12,158 nucleotides of DNA from Tolypothrix carrinoi HA7290-LM1 (GTDB lineage Bacteria > Cyanobacteriota > Cyanobacteriia > Cyanobacteriales > Nostocaceae): NCBI GenBank assembly GCA_019358935.1, contig JAHHIK010000166.1:1-12158 (forward strand). Reading direction: 5' to 3'. The position numbers were made by a program, and so were the translations under genes. Positions 1 through 7,716 of this stretch are shown here, piece after piece (positions within the stretch are counted from its first letter, which is position 1; each line of letters begins with the position of its first letter). The notes below the pieces were generated by a model. It was given only the letters and a program-made list of their open reading frames with translations. It did not search any database and was not told the DNA's origin.

Positions 1-117
1 GGGATGTCTGGTAGTACATCCAAGGCGTTTAACTCCACTATTCAAGCGTGATTATGCTAAAAGTCGAGTTGCTTAAACCCAATTTTACATATGTCTGACT
101 ATATTTGACTATGTAAC

Positions 118-334
118 TTGGAACTATATGAGTCAGTCAAATCATTTGTTTTTGAGGAAATTCCTAGCTATTCCAGTCTGGACGAGATTAGCAACCTGAA
201 AAAGCTCAAGGATGTTGATAATGTATATCGTATTCGAGTAGGAGACTACCGCATTGGCTTTGTCGATTGCAGAAGATACAATTATCTTTATTCGTGTTCT
301 CCACCGTAAGGATATTTATCGCTACTTTCCGTAG
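118..334 (+). pseudogene. RelE/ParE-family type II toxin remnant (5'-truncated, frameshifted)
   Basis: Frame from 118 reads ...[24 protein letters not shown] (RelE/Par[10 protein letters not shown] motif). Removing one T from the TTT at 259-261 continues as [28 protein letters not shown] (TAG 332-334), the typical C-terminus. The N-terminal ~20 aa and an antitoxin gene are not visible. Confidence 0.85.
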
Positions 335-414
335 TTGAGAAGGCGATCGCCTAAAATTATCTGTACTTCTAACAAAAGCGATCGCTCTATCCAAAGGAAT
401 ACGCTGATAACCAA

Positions 415-452
415 TAAGACAGCAGTACGACTGTTCTACTAAGACAGCAGTA
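415..452 (+). repeat. 13-bp direct repeat TAAGACAGCAGTA x2 (25-nt period) overlapping the LexA box
   Basis: Identical copies at 415-427 and 440-452. Confidence 0.85.
424..437 (+). promoter_or_regulatory. Cyanobacterial LexA (SOS) box upstream of uvrA
   Basis: AGTAC-GAC-TGTTCT matches the Anabaena-type consensus RGTACNNNDGTWCB exactly, 70 nt upstream of the uvrA ATG; candidate -10 element TATTAT at 460-465. Confidence 0.8.
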
Positions 453-507
453 AAGGTAGTATTATTAAGGACTTAACGCGCTGCCTCTATTTATTCAGCC
501 TGCCGAT

Positions 508-3387
508 ATGTCAGACCAAATGCTTGCATCATCACTAAATGGTCATCTTCCTCACCCCAACCCCAACAGCCAGAATACGATTCGGATTCGGGGTGCGAGG
601 CAGCATAATCTGAAAAATATTGATTTAGAATTGCCACGCGATCGCCTGATTGTTTTTACTGGCGTTTCTGGTTCTGGCAAGTCTTCCTTGGCATTTGATA
701 CCATTTTCGCCGAAGGACAGCGCCGCTACGTCGAATCTCTCAGCGCCTACGCACGGCAATTTTTGGGACAATTAGATAAACCGGATGTCGAAGCAATTGA
801 AGGTTTAAGTCCGGCGATTTCCATCGACCAAAAATCAACTTCTCATAACCCGCGCTCCACGGTTGGAACTGTAACAGAAATTTACGATTACTTGCGTTTG
901 TTGTTTGGACGTGCTGGTGAACCGCATTGTCCGATATGCGATCGCTGTATCGCACCGCAAACTATCGACGAGATGGTTGATCGAATTATGGATCTAAGCG
1001 ATCGTACACGCTTCCAAATCCTCGCGCCTGTCGTCCGTGGTAAAAAAGGCACGCATAAAAAGCTTTTATCAAGTCTTGCCTCTCAAGGTTTTGTCCGCAT
1101 CCGCGTTAATGGCGAAGTGCGAGAACTATCTGACTCGATTGACTTAGATAAAAATTTGACTCACACCATTGAAGTAGTGATTGACCGCCTTGTTAAAAAA
1201 GACGGTATACAAGAGCGTTTGGTCGATTCTCTTTCTACGTGCTTAAAACAATCAAGTGGCATTGCTAACATAGTTATTACTCCATCTTCTGACAACGAAC
1301 AAACAAGCGAACAAGAACTAGTATTTTCGGAAAATTTTGCTTGTCCGGAACATGGGGCAGTAATGGAGGAATTATCACCGCGATTGTTTTCGTTTAACTC
1401 ACCTTATGGTGCTTGTCCTCACTGTCACGGATTAGGAAGTTTAAAAAGATTTTCCCCTGATTTGGTAGTACCCGATCCAGAAGCACCTGTGTATGCAGCG
1501 ATCGCACCTTGGTCAGAGAAAGATAATTCTTATTATTTGGAGTTATTATATAAAGTTGGGCAAGCTTATGATTTTGAACTGCAAAATAACTGGTATAAGT
1601 TAACAGATGAACAGCGTAAAGTTATTTTGTTTGGAGAAGAAACCGCAGAACAAAATAAGCACAGTTACAAAGGGGCAATTCCGATTTTACAGCGACAGTA
1701 TGAGGGTGGTTCGGAATTAATTAAGCAGAAATTAGAGCAGTATTTGGTAGATCAACCGTGTGAAGTTTGCGGTGGGAAAAGGTTAAAACCGGAAGCTTTA
1801 GCGGTGCGGTTGGGACAATATCGCATGTTAGATTTAAGTGGTGTATCGATTCGCGATTGTCGCCAGAAAGTTGATGAATTAAAATTGAGCGATCGCCAGT
1901 TGCAAATCGCTGATTTAGTACTGCGAGAAATTAAATCCAGATTGCAATTTTTGCTCGATGTCGGATTAGATTATCTCACCCTTGACCGTCCTGCAATGAC
2001 ACTTTCGGGTGGAGAAGCGCAACGAATTCGTTTAGCAACTCAAATTGGTTCTGGTTTAACAGGAGTTCTCTACGTTTTAGATGAACCAAGTATCGGTTTG
2101 CATCAAAGAGATAACGGACGCTTGCTGCGAACTTTAACTAAATTACGTGATTTGGGTAATACGTTAATTGTAGTTGAGCATGATGAAGAAACAATTCGTG
2201 CAGCTAACCACATTGTTGATATTGGTCCCGGTGCAGGAATTCACGGTGGATATATAATTGCTCAAGGTGATTTACAAGCGTTATTAACGGCAGAAAAATC
2301 CTTAACGGGTGCGTATTTATCGGGACGACGAGTAATTCAAACTCCAGCAGAAAGACGCGAAGGAAATGGGCGAAGTTTGACAATTCAAAATGCCCATCGC
2401 AACAACTTAAAAAATATCGATGTAGAAATTCCTCTAGGTAAACTCGTCGCTGTTACTGGTGTTTCTGGCTCGGGAAAATCTACTTTAATTAACGAATTAC
2501 TTTACCCAGCATTACAGCATCAACTTACAAAGAAAGTTCCTTTACCCAAACACTTAGAAGGTATTAAGGGATTAAATGCTGTTGATAAAGCAATTGTAAT
2601 TGACCAATCGCCGATTGGACGCACGCCGCGTTCTAACCCTGCAACTTATACAGGCGTTTTTGATGTTATTCGCGAAGTATTTTCGCAAACAGTTGAGGCA
2701 AAAGCGAGAGGTTACAAACCCGGACAATTTTCTTTCAACGTTAAAGGTGGACGTTGTGAAGCTTGCAGCGGACAGGGTGTAAATGTGATTGAAATGAACT
2801 TTTTGCCTGATGTTTACGTGCAATGCGAAGTTTGTAAAGGTGCAAGATACAATCGAGAAACTTTGCAAGTAAAGTACAAAGACAAGTCTATTTCTGATGT
2901 TCTCAATATGACAGTTGAGGAAAGTTTAGACTTTTTCCAAAATATTCCCAAAGCTTTTACCCGCTTGCAAACTTTGGTTGATGTGGGACTGGGTTACATT
3001 CAACTTGGACAACCGGCAACAACTTTATCTGGTGGAGAAGCGCAGCGGGTGAAATTAGCCACTGAATTATCACGTCGCGCTACAGGAAAGACGCTTTATT
3101 TAATCGATGAACCGACTACAGGTTTATCTTTTTACGATGTCCACAAATTGTTAGATGTGTTGCAACGTTTGGTAGATAAAGGAAATTCAATTTTAGTGAT
3201 TGAACACAATTTAGATGTGATTCGTTGTTCTGACTGGTTGATAGATTTGGGTCCCGAAGGTGGTGATAAAGGAGGAGAAATTATTGCAGCGGGGACACCA
3301 GAGGAAGTAGCGAAGAATCCGAAGTCTTATACTGGGCAATATTTGCAGCAGGTGTTGCAGCAGTATCCAGCAAGTAAGGTAGGTTAG
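508..3387 (+). CDS. uvrA: Excinuclease ABC subunit A (UvrA)
   Basis: 959 aa; [13 protein letters not shown] start motif, two Walker A motifs ([18 protein letters not shown]), two LSGGEAQR signatures, Walker B (VLDEPS, LIDEPT), CxxC zinc fingers. Confidence 0.99.
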   Translation: MSDQMLASSLNGHLPHPNPNSQNTIRIRGARQHNLKNIDLELPRDRLIVFTGVSGSGKSSLAFDTIFAEGQRRYVESLSAYARQFLGQLDKPDVEAIEGLSPAISIDQKSTSHNPRSTVGTVTEIYDYLRLLFGRAGEPHCPICDRCIAPQTIDEMVDRIMDLSDRTRFQILAPVVRGKKGTHKKLLSSLASQGFVRIRVNGEVRELSDSIDLDKNLTHTIEVVIDRLVKKDGIQERLVDSLSTCLKQSSGIANIVITPSSDNEQTSEQELVFSENFACPEHGAVMEELSPRLFSFNSPYGACPHCHGLGSLKRFSPDLVVPDPEAPVYAAIAPWSEKDNSYYLELLYKVGQAYDFELQNNWYKLTDEQRKVILFGEETAEQNKHSYKGAIPILQRQYEGGSELIKQKLEQYLVDQPCEVCGGKRLKPEALAVRLGQYRMLDLSGVSIRDCRQKVDELKLSDRQLQIADLVLREIKSRLQFLLDVGLDYLTLDRPAMTLSGGEAQRIRLATQIGSGLTGVLYVLDEPSIGLHQRDNGRLLRTLTKLRDLGNTLIVVEHDEETIRAANHIVDIGPGAGIHGGYIIAQGDLQALLTAEKSLTGAYLSGRRVIQTPAERREGNGRSLTIQNAHRNNLKNIDVEIPLGKLVAVTGVSGSGKSTLINELLYPALQHQLTKKVPLPKHLEGIKGLNAVDKAIVIDQSPIGRTPRSNPATYTGVFDVIREVFSQTVEAKARGYKPGQFSFNVKGGRCEACSGQGVNVIEMNFLPDVYVQCEVCKGARYNRETLQVKYKDKSISDVLNMTVEESLDFFQNIPKAFTRLQTLVDVGLGYIQLGQPATTLSGGEAQRVKLATELSRRATGKTLYLIDEPTTGLSFYDVHKLLDVLQRLVDKGNSILVIEHNLDVIRCSDWLIDLGPEGGDKGGEIIAAGTPEEVAKNPKSYTGQYLQQVLQQYPASKVG

Positions 3388-3442
3388 TGAAACGTAACGC
3401 ACCTGACATCTACATCTAATTTCATGGCTGGCTGGGGAATAT

Positions 3443-5011
3443 TTAATTTTTGAATGTTGTATTGCAATATGGGTGAGTCAACTGTGCATTATCTAAAGTA
3501 CCTAAGCCACCATCTGCTTTTCTTTTAATGTGATCTATAGAGTTAATGCGACTGGGGAGATAGCTCTTACATATTTTACATCGTGGAGAACCAGGTAAAG
3601 CATCTCTGATAAAAGCTGCTGCTTTTGTTTCTCGTGAAAATTCTTTGCCTGGGGTATCGCTTGTATTACTTCTAGTTTTAGTTTTTAAAGTGCCAAAACC
3701 TTTTTCTTTTTCAGCAATTATTTCCTTGATAACATTTTTATTATCTGTTTTTTGAGACAATTTTTCAATAATTATCATAAAAAAATCTTTGACCTTTTCT
3801 CTTGCTTTAACCGCAGTAGTCTTAGTAACAATTTGTGGAACCATGTCATCTTGCCAAATTACCCATTCAAAATCTTTTCGGACTTCTGTAAATTTAGAAA
3901 AAGATTTAGTTTTTTCTAAATGTAATATTAAGGTAACAATGCCGTAAAATGAACCAATTTTAGGCTTACCAGCGTTATTGTAAAAATATATTATTGGATG
4001 CAGACCAAGAGATGAAGGGTGACTACTATTTATCCTTTGGATTACTCTTTTGCAATTTCTTAAAAGTTCTACGGTTTTGTCTCCGGTTGGATCGTCTCCT
4101 AATTGATTATCTACTTCTATACCATTAACCATATTAACAAACTCTAATATGACTTCAAGTTTTTCTGAAGTTGATAAATTTCCTACTATTGGTACATCTA
4201 GAGTTTTGATCGGATTTTTTAATTTAGGTTCAAAAATAAGTTGATGCAGCTCTTGAGCTATTGTTTCAATTTCATTCTGTTTTTCTGGCAAGAAATCTGA
4301 CCAATATTTATGACCTGTACCACTTCTCATAATCGCACGAGCTGCAACACCATTAGGTGTCTTTCGAGCTTGCAACAAACGCATCTCAGTTTCGCCAATT
4401 GGTGCTGCTTTTTGGTTAATTTTGAAAAAAGATGCTTCCGCTTTGGCTGAATCACCTTCAACCCACTGAAGCTGGATTCCTAAAGCTCCTAAATTTCTTG
4501 CTCTGTCAATAATTTTTTGATCTACTGGTTTTTGTTGCTGTGTTAATGATTGGTAATCTTTGTAAGACCCTATTCTTTCCTTGATTAATTTCTTCACTTC
4601 TTGAGAAGCATTTTTCTGCTCTTCTGTAATATCTCCATCATAAAATTCTCTAGAAATCTTACCATCACCATAGTCATCATTTATCCAGGCTATTAAAGAA
4701 CTAAGTCGATGGGAGCCATCAATAACAAAATAATAACTACTAGAACTTCTCCAAAGAATAACAGATGGTATCAAATCTCCATCTAAAAAACTTTCTATGA
4801 ACTCACATATTTTATCAGCTTCCCACTCATTAGTTTCTCTTTGGAAATCAGGTTTACGCAGAAATGGATAGAAAAAAGAATTTTTTTCTAAATCCCGAAC
4901 AGATATCATCGGAACATTTCTGCCTATATTTTGACCTTGCTGATCTTGAATTTCAAATGCTTCTCTTGCTATCAGCGCATCTAAACTGACTTTTAAACTA
5001 TCTTTCGCCAT
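3443..5011 (-). CDS. DUF262 (GmrSD/ParB-Srx-like) N-terminal domain + C-terminal zinc-binding HNH endonuclease; candidate defence nuclease
   Basis: N-terminal KPDFQRETNEW...FIESFLDGDLIPSVILW...FVIDGSHRLSSL and FFKINQ match the DUF262 QR, DGxxRL and FxxxN motifs. C-terminal CKIC...SIDHIKRKADGG...NAQLTHPYCN is an HNH motif. Start is ATG 5011 or in-frame GTG 5017. Confidence 0.88.
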   Translation of the reverse strand: MAKDSLKVSLDALIAREAFEIQDQQGQNIGRNVPMISVRDLEKNSFFYPFLRKPDFQRETNEWEADKICEFIESFLDGDLIPSVILWRSSSSYYFVIDGSHRLSSLIAWINDDYGDGKISREFYDGDITEEQKNASQEVKKLIKERIGSYKDYQSLTQQQKPVDQKIIDRARNLGALGIQLQWVEGDSAKAEASFFKINQKAAPIGETEMRLLQARKTPNGVAARAIMRSGTGHKYWSDFLPEKQNEIETIAQELHQLIFEPKLKNPIKTLDVPIVGNLSTSEKLEVILEFVNMVNGIEVDNQLGDDPTGDKTVELLRNCKRVIQRINSSHPSSLGLHPIIYFYNNAGKPKIGSFYGIVTLILHLEKTKSFSKFTEVRKDFEWVIWQDDMVPQIVTKTTAVKAREKVKDFFMIIIEKLSQKTDNKNVIKEIIAEKEKGFGTLKTKTRSNTSDTPGKEFSRETKAAAFIRDALPGSPRCKICKSYLPSRINSIDHIKRKADGGLGTLDNAQLTHPYCNTTFKN

Positions 5012-5113
5012 CTTCACTGCCTGTTTAATTTTTTAAATACAAAAATTAGCGCAGTTATTTATATTACACGTAAAGCACAAGTTAGAAATCTAACTTTTAA
5101 CAGATTTAAGAGC

Positions 5114-5272
5114 ATCTATGCTACTGGTGATGGAGAACCAACTCACGTCGTTAGATAATTATCTAATCGCAGATGGACAAGTAAACTTGGATGTTCGGAG
5201 GATATAGACTATGAATTTGAAGCTTTAGCAGGTGAAATGTATGGTTTTGTGTAGCAAGTTTTAAAGCGATCG
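5114..5272 (+). pseudogene. Degenerate C-terminal fragment of a DUF7689-like protein (family name from memory)
   Basis: One frame reads IYATGDGEPTHVVR*LSNRRWTSKLGCSEDIDYEFEALAGEMYGFV*QVLKRS with in-frame stops at 5156-5158 and 5252-5254; resembles the pattern IY...PTHAARQL..G.WTSKLG..EDIEH....L.G..YG.V...LKR. Confidence 0.7.
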
Positions 5273-5302
5273 CTTGTACGATCGCAATCACAACTTTTAA
5301 TC

Positions 5303-5701
5303 TCAAATAAACAAACTCGCATCAACGTGAAAAAACTCTCCCAAAACCTTGGCTTGTTCTAAAGTGATTTCTAATTCACGATTAATAATCTTAGCAACAA
5401 TCTCACTCGAACCAAAAACTTCTCCTAAATCAGCTGATGACAAACCCCTAGCTTCCATCAAATGAAGAAGTCTTGAATGTGGTGTAGAAGTATTAAGTTG
5501 ATAATGCTTATCTTCAAAATCCTCAATCAGTTTGACAAATAATTCCAACAAAGTATCTTCTTCAGGAGTGATATTAGGACGAGATAGTAGTTCTTCAACA
5601 ACCTCTAAGAATTTATCGTTTTCCGCTTCTGTCTTAATAATCCTAGGCTGATATTTAGATAGTAATTGACTATAAATTTCTGGGTTAATAGTAAGGGTCA
5701 T
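5303..5701 (-). CDS. higA: HigA-family antitoxin / HTH transcriptional regulator
   Basis: MTLTINPEIYSQLLSKYQPRIIKTEAEN...LIEDFEDKHY...LLHLMEARGLSSADLGEVFGS...LGEFFHVDASLFI is a typical cyanobacterial HigA. ATG 5701 is preferred over 5731 because it overlaps the end of the higB frame, as expected for coupled TA genes. Confidence 0.88.
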   Translation of the reverse strand: MTLTINPEIYSQLLSKYQPRIIKTEAENDKFLEVVEELLSRPNITPEEDTLLELFVKLIEDFEDKHYQLNTSTPHSRLLHLMEARGLSSADLGEVFGSSEIVAKIINRELEITLEQAKVLGEFFHVDASLFI

Positions 5702-5976
5702 TTTTCCAGTTGTCTTTGTCATATTCCGCATGAGTCAAGACATATTTAATGTATATGACCTGCTTCTCATAATTAATACTAACGATTAAACGATATTTAT
5801 TGACTTTAATATTGTAAAGTTGCTTACTGCTTCCGCTTGAGGATAAACTGTTTGAACTTCTAGCAAATTTCTCCAGTTTGCTATCTTTTCAATTCCGTAC
5901 CAGTCATCCAGTGCTTCACAGCAATCAGCGTGTTCTTTGCACACTTTTCGTAACTTTTTAGACTGATGATGTGCAT
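5685..5976 (-). pseudogene. higB: HigB-family toxin pseudogene (two frameshifts)
   Basis: Joining frames gives MHIIS/KKLRKVCKEHADCCEALDDWYGIEKIANWRNLLEVQTVYPQAEAVSNFT/NIKVNKYRLIVSINYEKQVIYIKYVLTHAEYDKDNWKNDPYY-stop. There is a 1-nt loss near 5960-5961 and a short deletion near 5811-5815 removing the VF of the usual FTVFNIKGN motif; THAEYDK is the HigB signature. Confidence 0.9.
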
Positions 5977-6080
5977 TAAGTTATAATCTCAACGTTTCCC
6001 AGATTTATCATCAAGCTTTTGCCAGCACCCTGTCACATCTTGAAGATTAGAAGATGAACGCAACCTGTGCGATCGCCTTT

Positions 6081-6243
6081 TACAGCAGTTTTCATGTATC
6101 TAGACCACACTCTTCTTTCTGCATTTCTTCCTTTGCGACGGCAGTTGCTTCAAGCCGGGAGACCCGTCCAACGCACTGCCTCGGCTTTGCGGCTTTGCGT
6201 GAGATAAAAATAATGTGGTTCATATAAGATGAAAATCGCTGTA
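6081..6243. mobile_element. MITE-like element (163 bp) with imperfect terminal inverted repeats and TA termini
   Basis: Left TACAGCAGTTTTCAT...ACCACA versus reverse complement of the right end TACAGCGATTTTCAT...ACCACA (13/15 identical at the termini); no coding capacity. Confidence 0.7.
6140..6180. repeat. GC-rich small dispersed repeat (SDR-like) nested in the MITE
   Basis: GGCAGT (6140-6145) pairs with ACTGCC (6175-6180), enclosing the CGGG-AGA-CCCG hairpin; flanked by CTTTGCG units at 6131-6137, 6185-6191 and 6193-6199. Confidence 0.6.
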
Positions 6244-6263
6244 ACTCAACACAGCAAATCATC

Positions 6264-6479
6264 CTATGCCATGCGTGCTAAAGCTAAATCACGAATTAGC
6301 GGAACTCTAGAACTAATATAAGCACTTATGGCGCTGGTTTCTTCACTGGTAAGGAATTTCTTGTTTTCCAACTCCCTTAGTAACTGCTGAATTAGTTCCG
6401 CATCATTGAATCCCAAAAGAATATTGGTCTGGGTTTCCTCAATCACAAGCCAAATCTGACGTAATGTCGAAGAGTTCAT
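6264..6479 (-). CDS. Small conserved cyanobacterial hypothetical protein (71 aa)
   Basis: MNSSTLRQIWLVIEETQTNILL...YISSRVPLIRDLA resembles a recurrent cyanobacterial hypothetical family (LRQLW...LIRDLA). The ORF track allows a longer start at 6536. Confidence 0.75.
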   Translation of the reverse strand: MNSSTLRQIWLVIEETQTNILLGFNDAELIQQLLRELENKKFLTSEETSAISAYISSRVPLIRDLALARMA

Positions 6480-6615
6480 CGGATATATCCCCACTGCTAG
6501 AGCTTGTTCTCTGGTTATTAGCATAACATTGCTCACCAGAATCTAAAGACAATCTTAAGATATATATTTTGCCAAAACCTGAAAGTACGCAAAAGTTAAC
6601 TAATTAGATAAAAAT

Positions 6616-7050
6616 CTAAGGTTTGCTGTCTACTCCCTTGCGGAAAAACTGGCGCAAAATCTCACTGGGCTTGCGATCCCAGGTGTCGATATGCTCATAT
6701 ATGAGATTATCTGAGTTCAGTTTGTAAGTAGAGTAGCCATTAAAAAGTATACGCGCTTTCCAAGGAACACGCAAAATACCGCGAACCGTCCACTTTGCTA
6801 AAATCGTATCTTCAGCTTCTTGATGCACGTCATGCACGTCGAAATAAATCTGCGTAAAAAATAATTTAGCGTGAAATCGCAAAGTCCAAAAGATAATCCG
6901 ATAGTTGAATTTGCCTTTAAATTTATTTACCGGGTCGCGAAAATAGATATCCTGGCTATAGATATCGTAGGAAATATCCTGCTGAAAAAGCGTTGGTAAA
7001 TCGTGTTTGAGAGTTATGATTATCTCTTGCATATTATATTGATATTTCAT
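6616..7050 (-). CDS. DUF2358 (SnoaL/NTF2-like) protein
   Basis: YDIYSQDIYFRDPVNKFKG...Y, WTVRGILRVPW, GYSTYKL...IYEHIDTW motifs. Confidence 0.9.
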   Translation of the reverse strand: MKYQYNMQEIIITLKHDLPTLFQQDISYDIYSQDIYFRDPVNKFKGKFNYRIIFWTLRFHAKLFFTQIYFDVHDVHQEAEDTILAKWTVRGILRVPWKARILFNGYSTYKLNSDNLIYEHIDTWDRKPSEILRQFFRKGVDSKP

Positions 7051-7243
7051 GCGATCGCCCGATAAATTTGCTCAGATAACCTACAAAAATGATAAAAATT
7101 AACCCTGTAAATATAATGATAAGATAGCTAATCATAAAAATATTTTATACATGTAACTTTAGTTCCATTTATATAATTACCGATATGTGATAAATTCACA
7201 GCAGACAAACGAAAAAAATAGCGTTTTCGAGCGAGATTTAATC

Positions 7244-7642
7244 ATGACTTCCCTATCTATTCGGCGTATTGTTTTGTCTTTCTTACTGCCGGCAAGTTTA
7301 ACCACTGTAACTTCACTTTCTCTAATCATAAACAGTGTTGGCGCTCAACAGCTAGACACACAGCCATCAGCGACGACACCTATCAACCAATCAACTGCAC
7401 CAGTTGCGGATGTGTATATTTGGCAAGGTAATGTTAAGTTCGATTTCAAAGCAGCGAAGATTAATGCCACAGCTGATAAAGCTGAAGTATTCCCTAAAGA
7501 ACGTAAAGTTGTTTTGACTGGGAATGTAAAAATCCTTCAAAACGGAAAAATTCAGGAAACTGATACAGTAACGTATGTGTTTAAATACCAAGACAAATTT
7601 AACTTGACTGCCGATAAAGTGATAGCATCAAATTTTAAGTAA
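7244..7642 (+). CDS. Secreted LptA/OstA-like beta-jellyroll protein
   Basis: Signal-peptide-like N-terminus (MTSLSIRRIVLSFLLP...VGA-QQ), then GNVKFDF..KINATADKAEVFPKERKVVLTGNVKILQNG..ETDTVTY. ATG 7244 is preferred over GTG 7187. Confidence 0.72.
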   Translation: MTSLSIRRIVLSFLLPASLTTVTSLSLIINSVGAQQLDTQPSATTPINQSTAPVADVYIWQGNVKFDFKAAKINATADKAEVFPKERKVVLTGNVKILQNGKIQETDTVTYVFKYQDKFNLTADKVIASNFK

Positions 7643-7656
7643 TCGGCACATATTTG

Positions 7657-7716
7657 GTAGTTAGCGGCTCTAGCCCTATAGATTATTATTGTTACCAGGG
7701 CTGAAGCCGTCACTAC
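7657..7716. repeat. Inverted pair of GTAG-type (REP-like) repeats between convergent genes; possible terminator function
   Basis: GTAGTTAGCGGCTCTAGCCCT (7657-7677) and AGGGCTGAAGCCGTCACTAC (7697-7716) are imperfectly complementary. Confidence 0.65.

Noticed and set aside
54..98. Short frame MLKVELLKPNFTYV as the missing RelE N-terminus
   Set aside because: Only a vague resemblance, out of frame with the remnant; not supportable.
206..394. 62-aa minus-strand ORF
   Set aside because: Antisense to the RelE remnant; no recognisable motif.
415..452. Direct repeats as a mini CRISPR array
   Set aside because: Only two 13-bp copies with a 12-nt gap; no cas genes.
740..3402. Small ORFs 740-955, 2572-2868, 2600-2782 and 3211-3402
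   Set aside because: Shadow or alternative frames overlapping uvrA.
3443..5017. Absence of HIP1 as proof of horizontal transfer of the nuclease gene
   Set aside because: The 3' 1.5 kb of uvrA also lacks HIP1, so this is weak evidence alone.
5118..5207. Short ORF MLLVMENQLTSLDNYLIADGQVNLDVRRI
   Set aside because: An alternative frame gives the recognisable pseudogene motif.
5702..5731. Extended HigA N-terminus MRNMTKTTGK
   Set aside because: This DNA encodes the higB 3' end in another frame.
5977..6010. Leaderless promoter or HigA operator upstream of higB
   Set aside because: No correctly spaced -10 element or convincing palindrome.
7051..7243. NtcA box in AT-rich promoter regions (also 9974-10176 and 11056-11424)
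   Set aside because: No GTA-N8-TAC match found by eye.
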